In this document: positions 29,183 through 37,342 of the stretch, in pieces | How the letters are laid out: each line of letters starts with the position of its first letter | Position numbering within the stretch: position 1 is the first letter of the stretch | DNA from: Acidimicrobiia bacterium | GTDB taxonomy: Bacteria; Actinomycetota; Acidimicrobiia; Spongiisociales; Spongiisociaceae | Length of the DNA stretch: 47,116 bases | Assembly: GCA_041576165.1 (NCBI GenBank) | Contig: JBFGLM010000037.1 | Location: 1 to 47,116 of the forward strand | Reading direction: 5' to 3' | Program-made: the position numbers and the translations under genes | The notes under the pieces: generated by a model | Databases searched by the model: none | What the model was told of the DNA's origin: nothing | Seen by the model: only the letters and a program-made list of their open reading frames with translations

Positions 29183-29448
29183 CAATTCCATGCGATGGAA
29201 CCCACTCCCGTGCCGCACCCGAGCACGAAGTGCCGGTCGGTGTGGTTTGGTCATCGGATCGTTCTCATCCGATATCTGGCGATCGGTGCGGGGTCACCTG
29301 GCTTGGTCTGGCAGCGAAGCGAGGCCGAGCGATCGAGAGGCGATGTTTTCCGGAGGACCCGACAGGACAGAACGCGATCCATCTGGCGGGCTCGAATTGC
29401 CTCTGCCTGGTTGGGCGGGTTGGCCCTGCGTCTCCGGACAGCTCAACG

Positions 29449-29877
29449 TCACTCGGACTTCGTGTAGGTCTGGCCGTCGTAGACGCTCTGGCGGTGGCTG
29501 ATGACGTCCTCGCCTTCGAGTCCGAACGTCAGGTTGCGACCGTCGTACGTCCAGCGGTACCTGACAGGACTCTGCCGTGACCCGAGTAGTCTTGGGTCAT
29601 CTCGGTGTAGAGGTCACCCCTCACCCCGTACACCCCCGCCACATCGGGGTCGCCTTCCGGGAAGTCCGACTCGTCCTACAGGTACGTCCCATCCTCTAGG
29701 AACTCGAACGCATGGTTCGGGGTGTCGTCATCGACGAATCTTCCGATCGGGAATTCGCTTTGTCCATCCGAGGGATCGTCGTCCATCCGAGGGATCGTCG
29801 GCCGAGCACGCGGTGAGAACCAGGAACGGGAGAGCGATCGTCGTGAGCAAGTGAAGCCGTTCTCTACACGTCGACAT
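29449..29877 (-). pseudogene. lipoprotein pseudogene
   Basis: MSTCRERLHLLTTIALPFLVLTAC lipobox; broken by a 19-bp tandem duplication (29762-29799), an in-frame TAG (29676-29678) and a later frameshift; reconstructed C-terminus VRYRWTYDGRNLTFGLEGEDVISHRQSVYDGQTYTKSE*. Confidence 0.8.
29762..29799 (+). repeat. perfect 19-bp tandem duplication
   Basis: GTCCATCCGAGGGATCGTC x2. Confidence 0.95.
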
Positions 29878-29893
29878 CAGGATCTTCCCTTCG

Positions 29894-30286
29894 CTAGGAC
29901 CAGAAGTCGTCGAAATCCGCCTGGTCTTGATGGGCGAGCCACATCTCACGAACGCGACCTTCTCGCAGCAAGACGACGTACGCCGTATCGGTGTCGAGCT
30001 GCTTTGTCTGGCGATGGCCGCTGGCGTGACCGCATACCACGATCATCTGGTCGTCGGTGGTGAGGGTGCGAGTTGGGACGAACCGGAGGGTTCCATCCGT
30101 GAGATCCGTCATGCGTTCGAGGAGTCGGAGGATCGCCTCGCGGCCTTGGTACGTCCCGGCCACCCCGGATCTGCCCGGCACGTGCAGCAGGGATGCATCA
30201 TCGAGCGACGGTAATGCCGAGTGTCCAGTCGCGCCGGCCACCACTCGATAGAGAATCTCAGCTGTCTGTGGGAACTGGTGCGCCAT
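29894..30286 (-). CDS. SnoaL/NTF2-like protein
   Basis: LHVPGRSGVAGTYQGREAI...TDGTLRF...VVLLREGRVREMW...DQADFDDFWS. Confidence 0.85.
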   Translation of the reverse strand: MAHQFPQTAEILYRVVAGATGHSALPSLDDASLLHVPGRSGVAGTYQGREAILRLLERMTDLTDGTLRFVPTRTLTTDDQMIVVCGHASGHRQTKQLDTDTAYVVLLREGRVREMWLAHQDQADFDDFWS

Positions 30287-30325
30287 TTGTCACTCTGGTC
30301 GACACTGCAATGCTCGGACAGCCGC

Positions 30326-30352
30326 CTCAACGTCTTCTTGCAGTCCGCTCAA
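30326..30352 (-). promoter_or_regulatory. 11-bp-period direct repeats (candidate SARP box)
   Basis: Minus strand TTGAGCGGACT GCAAGAAGACG TTGAG in the divergent promoter. Confidence 0.4.
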
Positions 30353-30382
30353 TCGACCGACCAATAGACTTGATGCAAGGAC

Positions 30383-33268
30383 ATGAGTGTGGAGTTCAGG
30401 ATCCTGGGGGACCTGGAGATCCTCGTGGACGGGGACCCGGTTGAGCTCGGTTCTCCGCGCCAGCGGGCTCTGGTCGCTCGCCTCCTCGTCAACCCATCTG
30501 AGCCGGTGTCCGCCGACCGACTTGTCGAGGAACTGTGGCGGGGCGAGGCGACAGATACGGCGAGGCACACGGTTCACGTGTACGTTTCCCGGCTCCGAAA
30601 GGCACTGGGCGCTCGTCGGGACCGCCTCGTGCGGCAACGGCCGGGCTACCGCCTTGTGGTGGAGGCATACGAGCTCGATGCCTCCCGCTTCGAGCACCTT
30701 GCGCTCGAGGGTCGGGCCGCCCTGGAGCGGCATGACGCCGCGATGGCGAGCTCCAAGTCGGAGGAGGCACTGAGCATCTGGCGCGGAGCGCCTTTTGCCG
30801 AGTTCGCCGACGAGGCATTCGTTCAGGCAGAAATCGTGCGACTTGATGAGCTGAGGCTGGCGACCTTGGAGCAGCGAATCTGGGCGGATCTCGAGCTCGG
30901 GCATCATCGAGAGGTCGTCGAGGAGCTGCAGTCACTCACGAGGCAGCACCCGTTCCGTGAGGGTTTCCGGGAGCAGCTGATGCTCGCTCTCTATCGTTGT
31001 CGCCGGCAGACAGAGGCCTTGCGTGTCTATCAGAATGCTCGGCTGATCCTCGCCGACGAACTCGGGATCGAACCCGGACCGGCCCTGGTCCGCATGGAAG
31101 AACGGATTCTCGCCCAGGACCCGAGCCTCGAGCACCTGCCGGGCGCCAGGGCAGACACGGCGCCGAACGGCCGCCTGCCTATGCACCGAACCAGCTTCAT
31201 AGGGCGACGACGAGAACTCGCACAGGGAGCCAGGTTGCTCGAAGAGTCCCGACTGTTGACGCTCACCGGGGCCCCCGGTTCGGGCAAGACCCGCCTCGCT
31301 CTCCGGCTTGCGGCTGATCAGACAGGTCGCTTCCATCACGGAGCGTTCTTCGTTCCGCTTGCCGCAGTCCATGACCACCGAGTGATGGACAACGCGATCG
31401 CCCGCGTGTTGAAACTCCACGACGTTCCCGGCGAGACAGCCTTGGAAGGTATCAAGTCCTTCCTGCGGGACCGTCAGGCTCTCCTCATGCTTGACAACTT
31501 CGAACAGATCCTCCCGGCGGCATCGCAGGTAGGGGAGATACTCGATGCCGCTCCACGTCTCACCATCATGGTCACCAGTCGGGCTCCGCTAGGCATCTCG
31601 GGCGAACAGGAGTTCTCGGTACCTCCCCTGACTGTGCCCGCAGTCGATGATCTCTCGGATCCGGAATCGATCGCCGGCTACGACGCGGTCGCTCTCTTCG
31701 TCGCTCGAGCCCGGGCGGTCGACCCCGATTTCGAGCTCGACAACCACACCGCCCGAGACGTCGCTCGGATCGCCGCACGTCTCGAAGGGCTGCCCTTGGC
31801 GATCGAGCTCGCCGCCGCCCGTGTCAAGATGTTGACCCTTCCGGAGGTGCTGAGCCGGCTCGACCAGCGTCTCAGCCTCCTCAATTCTGCGCCCGCAGAC
31901 AGCAGTGACCGCCACCGCACCATGCGTGACGCGATCGGCTGGAGCTACGACCTCCTCGAACCCGAGGAACAAGCGCTGTTCCGGCATCTCGGAGTCTTCC
32001 TGGGAGGCTTCACGCTAGAAGCCGCGTCCGCAGTAGCCGATCGTCAGAACGGGGACGTATTCACTGGTGTCGAATCGCTTCTCACCCAGAGTCTTCTCTA
32101 CCGACCGGTTGCTTTGGGGCGTGCTCGCTATGCGATGCTCGAGATGATCAGGGAGTTCGCCTTGGAGCAGCTGGCTGCCGCCGGAGAGGCCCGGGAGGCC
32201 GCAATCCGTCATGCACGATACTTCCGCCATCTGGCAGAAACCATCGAGCCACAACTCACCCAAGAGCCCGGCGGGAGAGGATCACAGCTACTCAGCGCGG
32301 ACGTTGACAATCTCCGTGGTGCCTTGCGGTTCGCGTTGGATGCCGGCGAACCAGACCTCGGTTTGAGACTGGCAAGCTGCATCTGGCGCTACTGGCAGAG
32401 CTCCGAGCAACTCACCGAGGGGAGGGGCTGGTTGGAGAGGCTGCTCAGGCACTCGGACGCGTCGACTGGGGCCCGGGCCGGTGGCCTGACCGCGCTCGCT
32501 GCGTTGGCTTACTGGCACGCCGATTATGACGAATCCTGGACCAGATACGATGAGGCGCTCGGCCTGTTCCGATCCCTCGGCGATCGACTGAGCGAAGCAG
32601 ACACCCTGTGCTCCATGAGTGTGACAGCCAGTTGGAGGGGGGATGTGGAAGTGGGGGAACGCTTCGCTGAACAAGCCCGATCGCTGTTTGAGGAGCTGGG
32701 ATCGCGCGAAGGGGTGGGAAGAGTCCTGATGGCGCAGGGCTTTTCGCAGTTCAGGCACAATGATTTCGCATCCGCCCAGAAGCTGTACGAGGAATCCCGC
32801 GCCATCGCCCGCGAATCCGGCGACCAGCCACTCGCAACGTCCCTGCTGCTGGGGATCGCCGCTTTTGTGTTCCACCAGGGCGATCGGGATCGAGCGCTGT
32901 CAATGCTCCTTGAAGCGGTCGAGGAGGCAACCGAGCTGCACAACGCTCACCTGACGGTGTGGATGCTCGACTTCGTCGCCGCTTTCGCCGCGCCGGTCGC
33001 TCCAGAGGCGGCGGTACGCATCGCCGGCGCGGTGGACTCCCTGCGCGAGGCGGCGGGTGGGGGGATGCGGCCCGACCTGCTCGATGTCGAAGATGCTAGG
33101 TCAGCCGCCGCCCGAGTGCTCGAGCCGGCAACCCTGGACCGGGCTTGGGCGCATGGCCGTGTGATGAGCCTGGACGAGGCAGTAGACCACGCCCACGGGC
33201 TCAGTGCTCTCGTCGCCGGCGACGCCGATCAAAAAGGCAGCGAGCGAGATGGCCATGTCGGTCGGTGA
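30383..33268 (+). CDS. AfsR/SARP-type regulator: wHTH + BTAD + NB-ARC + TPR (paralog of 14763-17681)
   Basis: EFRILG...LGSPRQRALVARLL; QLMLALYRCRRQTEAL...LGIEPGP; GAPGSGKT, LLMLDNFEQ, GLPLAIELAA; TPR region. Confidence 0.93.
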   Translation: MSVEFRILGDLEILVDGDPVELGSPRQRALVARLLVNPSEPVSADRLVEELWRGEATDTARHTVHVYVSRLRKALGARRDRLVRQRPGYRLVVEAYELDASRFEHLALEGRAALERHDAAMASSKSEEALSIWRGAPFAEFADEAFVQAEIVRLDELRLATLEQRIWADLELGHHREVVEELQSLTRQHPFREGFREQLMLALYRCRRQTEALRVYQNARLILADELGIEPGPALVRMEERILAQDPSLEHLPGARADTAPNGRLPMHRTSFIGRRRELAQGARLLEESRLLTLTGAPGSGKTRLALRLAADQTGRFHHGAFFVPLAAVHDHRVMDNAIARVLKLHDVPGETALEGIKSFLRDRQALLMLDNFEQILPAASQVGEILDAAPRLTIMVTSRAPLGISGEQEFSVPPLTVPAVDDLSDPESIAGYDAVALFVARARAVDPDFELDNHTARDVARIAARLEGLPLAIELAAARVKMLTLPEVLSRLDQRLSLLNSAPADSSDRHRTMRDAIGWSYDLLEPEEQALFRHLGVFLGGFTLEAASAVADRQNGDVFTGVESLLTQSLLYRPVALGRARYAMLEMIREFALEQLAAAGEAREAAIRHARYFRHLAETIEPQLTQEPGGRGSQLLSADVDNLRGALRFALDAGEPDLGLRLASCIWRYWQSSEQLTEGRGWLERLLRHSDASTGARAGGLTALAALAYWHADYDESWTRYDEALGLFRSLGDRLSEADTLCSMSVTASWRGDVEVGERFAEQARSLFEELGSREGVGRVLMAQGFSQFRHNDFASAQKLYEESRAIARESGDQPLATSLLLGIAAFVFHQGDRDRALSMLLEAVEEATELHNAHLTVWMLDFVAAFAAPVAPEAAVRIAGAVDSLREAAGGGMRPDLLDVEDARSAAARVLEPATLDRAWAHGRVMSLDEAVDHAHGLSALVAGDADQKGSERDGHVGR

Positions 33269-33322
33269 TGGAGAAGCCATGGGCAACGGTTGTCGCCCAT
33301 ACCTATCTACGGAGGTCTGGTG

Positions 33323-33754
33323 ATGTCATCTGATTCCTCGCCTGAAAAACTGAGGCACGAGATTTTGGAAAACCTGTTGGCGGAACAACGAGCCGCCCTC
33401 GATCCCTACTACGGGCAAAGCGACCCGTCGAACTACGTTGCGATGTATGCGGACCAGGTCACGGCCTTCGACCCATGGTCCAACGGCAAGACGGAGGACG
33501 GCGCCGCTAAAGATCACTTGATGGGGTTCGCCGGGTCTATCCCCTCCGTTGCCTACGAGATCGTCAATCCGCGGGTCGATCTCTATGGAACCATCGCGAT
33601 CTTCACTTTCAACGTCGATCTGACCGACCCGGCGGGAGGAATCTTCGCCGTCTGGAACACCACTCAGGTCCACCATCGCACCGGCGATGGCTGGGAGCTG
33701 GTCCATTCCCATTGGTCGTTTGCCACGCCGCCACCCGAGGATCCCACTGTCTGA
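33323..33754 (+). CDS. NTF2-like / DUF4440 (YybH-type) protein
   Basis: GGAGG RBS; MYADQVTAFDP, YEIVNPRV.LYG..AIFTFN, WNTTQV...GWELVHSHWS. Confidence 0.85.
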   Translation: MSSDSSPEKLRHEILENLLAEQRAALDPYYGQSDPSNYVAMYADQVTAFDPWSNGKTEDGAAKDHLMGFAGSIPSVAYEIVNPRVDLYGTIAIFTFNVDLTDPAGGIFAVWNTTQVHHRTGDGWELVHSHWSFATPPPEDPTV

Positions 33755-33922
33755 TGGGAGCCGTCTTCAGGGCCGTTGCCCACACGCGGGTTTCCGAGAG
33801 GAAACCTGCCCCATGTGCTATCGGGACTCCCGTCGAGATCGGGCGAGTTTCACATCTACCGAGCTAGCAACGTCTGTGCAGGCGGGATGACCATCGTCCG
33901 CCGCGACTCCTGCCGCTCGTCT

Positions 33923-33950
33923 GTGAGCGGTCGTTGAGCGAGTGTTGATC
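33923..33950 (+). promoter_or_regulatory. 11-bp-period direct repeats (candidate SARP box)
   Basis: GTGAGCGGTCG TTGAGCGAGTG TTGATC; TGA at 33924, 33935, 33946. Confidence 0.5.
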
Positions 33951-34061
33951 AATTCGAGGCACGATCGATTCACTCGAAAGCTGGGTCGTAGAAGGCGGCC
34001 CTTCCGGCGACCTGAGGCGCCGCCGGTCGCTTCAGGCGAGCACCCGGGGAGGTGTGAGGCA

Positions 34062-34562
34062 ATGAAGAGACTGACCGTCCTATTGATGGTGTTGACGTAT
34101 TCATTTACGGTGGCAACCGTACCTGTGTCAGCCGGCCCGCCGGTGCCGGCCTCGGGGACTTGGGACTATGCGCTCACAGGACCCCCAGAGGTCAGGGTGG
34201 CAGGCCGCAATGTGTTCATCTACGGCCAAGACCGCGGAGAATGGGGAGGTACCTTCGACGGGTACACGGAGGAGGAATTCGTCGTCGTCTGTCATCCCAC
34301 CGCAGGCTTCAGCTTCTACAAAGGCGAGATGACGTTCTACGGAACCGTGGTGGACGAATCAGGCGTTGAGTACGAGGGCAGCATGGTCCTCAAGACCAAT
34401 GGCAAGCAATACGCCGATACTTGCGAACCGAATCCTTCGGAATGGCAAGGCCACTGGGTGATCATCGGCGGCACAGAGGGTCTTGCGGACATCCACGGGC
34501 AGGGAACCTTCTCCGGTCCCAGTTTCCATCTGCTCTACAAGGGGCAAATCCACTTCAGCTAG
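34062..34562 (+). CDS. secreted beta-barrel protein (DUF3224-like)
   Basis: Signal peptide MKRLTVLLMVL...VSA; W.GTFDG, WVIIGGTEGLADIHGQGTF, YKGQIHF. Confidence 0.7.
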   Translation: MKRLTVLLMVLTYSFTVATVPVSAGPPVPASGTWDYALTGPPEVRVAGRNVFIYGQDRGEWGGTFDGYTEEEFVVVCHPTAGFSFYKGEMTFYGTVVDESGVEYEGSMVLKTNGKQYADTCEPNPSEWQGHWVIIGGTEGLADIHGQGTFSGPSFHLLYKGQIHFS

Positions 34563-34579
34563 GCGGAGGGAGAGTTGCC

Positions 34580-34607
34580 GTGGGCCTAGTTGGGCGACTT
34601 TCGAACT
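34580..34607 (+). repeat. 28-bp direct repeat copy 2 (tRNA-3'-end-like, att-like)
   Basis: Identical to 20515-20542. Confidence 0.9.
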
Positions 34608-34634
34608 CTCTGGGCACTTCTTTCGCGTAGCGAT

Positions 34635-35057
34635 TCATCCGTCGTGTGGAAGTAGCCGGAACGCATCGCCGGCTCGGAGGGGGCGGATGGCTCGGAAGTG
34701 GCGCTCATCGACGCTGAGAAGCTTGACCGTGCGGTGGCGGGCGGCAATGACGGCCACCGATGCGTCGGTGATCCCGATGCCGAGATCCTCATATTGGTTG
34801 ACCAGCGCCACCGCTTGGCTGAAGTCTTCGGCCCCGAAGGTCACCAATGTGTAGGCGCCGGCATCGATGTCGGCCAACAATTCGGATGCTGCCCGTATCC
34901 CGAGCCGTCGCTGAACCAGGTAGTCAAGTTCGGCCAGGACGAAGGGCGTGAGAATGAACGGTCCCGGGTCGGCGTCGACAACTTCGCGAGCTCCATTGTG
35001 GTGGGCGTCGTCGGCATCCAAGAACGCATAGATCCCACCCGTGTCGAGGACGATCAA
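34635..35057 (-). CDS. vapC: VapC PIN-domain toxin
   Basis: MIVLDTGG..A.LDADD.HH, FVLAELDYL, IGITDASVAVIA, LLSVDERHFR; start overlaps the vapB stop. Confidence 0.93.
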   Translation of the reverse strand: MIVLDTGGIYAFLDADDAHHNGAREVVDADPGPFILTPFVLAELDYLVQRRLGIRAASELLADIDAGAYTLVTFGAEDFSQAVALVNQYEDLGIGITDASVAVIAARHRTVKLLSVDERHFRAIRPLRAGDAFRLLPHDG

Positions 35058-35278
35058 TCGCCGAAGCCCTCGTCGAGGAGTTCATCCACACGTCCTGATG
35101 TATCCGAGCGACCGCTCCTGCCAAGTGGACGTGGCCGACGGACGGGTTCGGCATCTGTGCCCAGCATACGTCGGATGGCCTCGCGTATCAGCTCGGTGCG
35201 TGACACACCACGCCGCGCAGCAGCCTCGGTCAGCATCGCATCGTCAGCCGCGTCCAAGTAGATGGTCGTTTTCCGCAC
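35054..35278 (-). CDS. vapB: VapB RHH antitoxin
   Basis: MRKTTIYL...AAARRGVSRTELIREAI...GRSGRSDTSGRVDELLDEGFG; GTG 6 nt after TATACT (leaderless). Confidence 0.88.
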   Translation of the reverse strand: MRKTTIYLDAADDAMLTEAAARRGVSRTELIREAIRRMLGTDAEPVRRPRPLGRSGRSDTSGRVDELLDEGFGD

Positions 35279-35284
35279 AGGAGA

Positions 35285-35307
35285 AGTATATGCCATATAT
35301 ATGGCAT
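35285..35307. promoter_or_regulatory. vapBC -10 box and 18-bp palindromic operator
   Basis: Perfect palindrome ATGCCATATATATGGCAT (35290-35307) abutting minus-strand TATACT (35285-35290). Confidence 0.8.
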
Positions 35308-35498
35308 GCATCAATGGCTTGCTTCCCGTGCGCCGGGATCCGAAGCTCACACGCCGGCACCCGTCCGGGGTTGCGCGGATCCGGTTCTTGGTGGCGGAGC
35401 CGTAGTGTTGCTTGGACGTCGGTCGCGGCTCGAAGCGTCCTGGGGCATCCTCGAGAACAGGCGGTGGCGGCCCTTTGTGCGACCGCCGCAACCAGGGT

Positions 35499-35526
35499 GT
35501 CGACGTAGTTGGCCGACTTTCGAACC
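35499..35526 (+). repeat. degenerate copy 3 of the 28-bp repeat
   Basis: GTCGACGTAGTTGGCCGACTTTCGAACC, 23/28 identical to copies 1 and 2 by hand count. Confidence 0.8.
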
Positions 35527-35892
35527 TTTGGAGTCTGGCGACCGGCGCATTTGGTGCGCCGACAGTTGCGGCAGGCCTACTGAGTCTCTCGGGGCTTACT
35601 CCTGGTCACTACTGAGCAAGCCAGATCTTCGTCATCTCGGCTCGAAAATATGACGCGTGTGCGAGGCCAACCAACCCGATCAGTGATCAGGCCGCTCCCG
35701 CGGCAGCGATGCAGGCCAGGTGTCGTTGTCAAGCAGTCGCGGCCTGACCCCGCTCGACATCGATGCAACCGACCGGATAGAGGAGGAAATCCGATGCAGC
35801 CGCGTCGCGCCAGAGGGCACACCGCGTTGTCGGCGCAGCTGGCGGCCTGGCCCGGAGCAGCAGGCCAAGCGTCTCTGGGTGTCTCTCACCGG

Positions 35893-36657
35893 CTAGCGCT
35901 GAGCGAGATATGTCTCAAGCGCCGCCTGCAGACCATCGAGCAGCGTGACGTCGAGGCGAGCGGATGCGATCAGGGTGCCGTCGCCATCGATCAGTAGCCG
36001 GTAGTAAGTCTTGAATCCCGCATCGCCCCCGAGGTGGTTCAGCCACTCGACCGTGATGATCTCAAAAGGATCAAGGTCGACGGCGTTGGCCATGCTGATG
36101 ATTCGCCCGTCCTCGATCGTGAACTCGACACGGCCAGGAACCGGTGGCCGATCGGCCTCAACACGCAGATGTGAATCCATCTTGTAGTCGCATGTCACGG
36201 TGGCGGGACCGGAAGAGGAGCAGGCGAAAGAGGTATAGCGCTCCCCGATCATCTCCAGGTATCGGAACGCGAGCGCGAGCTCGCTCGGGTTCGCCATCGC
36301 CGGAGTGTCTCGGAGCTGCGCATTGTCCGCAACGAGCGCCGCGGCGCCGTCGGCGTCATAGTTGTTGCGCGCATCCAGATACGCCTCTGCGATAGAAACC
36401 GAGGCGCTGGCGGCCGACTGGCCGGTCCCACGACCTACGAGCACCCCGGCACCGAGCACGACCAGAGTCACCGCCAGAGCAGCCAACGCCCAAATGGATC
36501 CGCGCCGGCCTCGATTCGCTGGAGGCCCCGCCACGACGGTGGCTGCGACCCTGCCGGCACGGATCTGCTCGAGGATGGCGTCGACGACCTCCTGTGCAGG
36601 ATCTTTGACACCTGACCGCGGGTCGGCGTTGCGTATCAACGAACGGATATCGCTCAT
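35893..36657 (-). CDS. probable anti-sigma factor: cytoplasmic N-terminus, TM, extracytoplasmic NTF2/SnoaL-like domain
   Basis: ATGA-coupled to the ECF sigma; IRNADP N-terminus, TM IWALAALAVTLVVLGAGVLV, IAEAYLDARNNYDADGAAALVADNA...FTIEDGRI. Confidence 0.75.
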   Translation of the reverse strand: MSDIRSLIRNADPRSGVKDPAQEVVDAILEQIRAGRVAATVVAGPPANRGRRGSIWALAALAVTLVVLGAGVLVGRGTGQSAASASVSIAEAYLDARNNYDADGAAALVADNAQLRDTPAMANPSELALAFRYLEMIGERYTSFACSSSGPATVTCDYKMDSHLRVEADRPPVPGRVEFTIEDGRIISMANAVDLDPFEIITVEWLNHLGGDAGFKTYYRLLIDGDGTLIASARLDVTLLDGLQAALETYLAQR

Positions 36658-37211
36658 ACGCTTGCCTCCCCGGTCGCCCGCTCTGGGCGGCGCGAACCAT
36701 GTTCCGGATCCAGTTGCCGCCGCAGCCTGGTGTACGCCCGGCTCATCCGCTTGTCGACGACATCACGAGAGATGCCGAACATCGCGGCGACAGTGGTGCG
36801 CTCGAGGCCGTCCCATTCAACGAGTTTCACGATCTCCCGGTCTCGCTCGGGGAGCCGGTCGAGAGCTTCGACGACTTGCTGCAGCTCGGTGTTCCGTATG
36901 ACGACCGCGTCGGCGCCGGCAAGGTTGGTGTGGGACTCGCCGAGAGCCGTCAGCCGGGCCCGGAGCCGCGTCCGCCGACGCCGGCTTCGTTCGGTGTTCC
37001 TGAGAACGTTGTGGGCGATCGTGTACAACCACGGCACGACCGCATCTTCTGTCGGCCTTTCGTCAAAGCGCCGCCACACCACGAGGAAGACCTCTGCTGT
37101 CGCGTCAGGCGCAACGGCAGCTGGAAGCCGGCGCCCGAAGTAGGCGAGGATCCGGCCCACATGTTCTCGGTAGAACGTCTCGAAAATCGCTTGCTGATGC
37201 GACTGCATCAA
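36654..37211 (-). CDS. ECF sigma-70 factor
   Basis: Region 2: FETFYREH...DATAEVFLVVWRR...PWLYTIAHNVLRN; region 4: ALDRLPERDREIVKLVEWDGL...VAAMFGIS...RMSRA. Confidence 0.92.
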   Translation of the reverse strand: MMQSHQQAIFETFYREHVGRILAYFGRRLPAAVAPDATAEVFLVVWRRFDERPTEDAVVPWLYTIAHNVLRNTERSRRRRTRLRARLTALGESHTNLAGADAVVIRNTELQQVVEALDRLPERDREIVKLVEWDGLERTTVAAMFGISRDVVDKRMSRAYTRLRRQLDPEHGSRRPERATGEASV

Positions 37212-37236
37212 ACCTCGGCGTGAGCGTCATTGAGTC

Positions 37237-37311
37237 TATGTCCGGTCGCTCCCGCCTCTGACGCCAGAATGACGCAAAATCCTTGTCAGGGTCCCGTTGG
37301 TCTCGGACATA
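37237..37311. promoter_or_regulatory. back-to-back ECF-type promoters
   Basis: GTCAG-N14-CGGACATA on + (37285-37311) and GTCAG-N13-CGGACATA on - (37262-37237). Confidence 0.65.
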
Positions 37312-37342
37312 TACGGATGATCAGCGAGCTCAGGAGACCGGA

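Noticed and set aside
29762-29799. Tandem duplication as a phase-variation switch
   Set aside because: An additional stop codon and frameshift downstream would keep the gene off even after collapse.
34580-34607. Repeat as an integron attC site (contains GTTGGGC = GTTRRRY)
   Set aside because: No complementary RYYYAAC box or attC-length imperfect hairpin seen upstream; no intI; copy 3 breaks the core.
20515-35526. 28-bp repeats as a CRISPR array
   Set aside because: Only three copies, separated by 14 kb and 0.9 kb containing whole genes; no cas genes.
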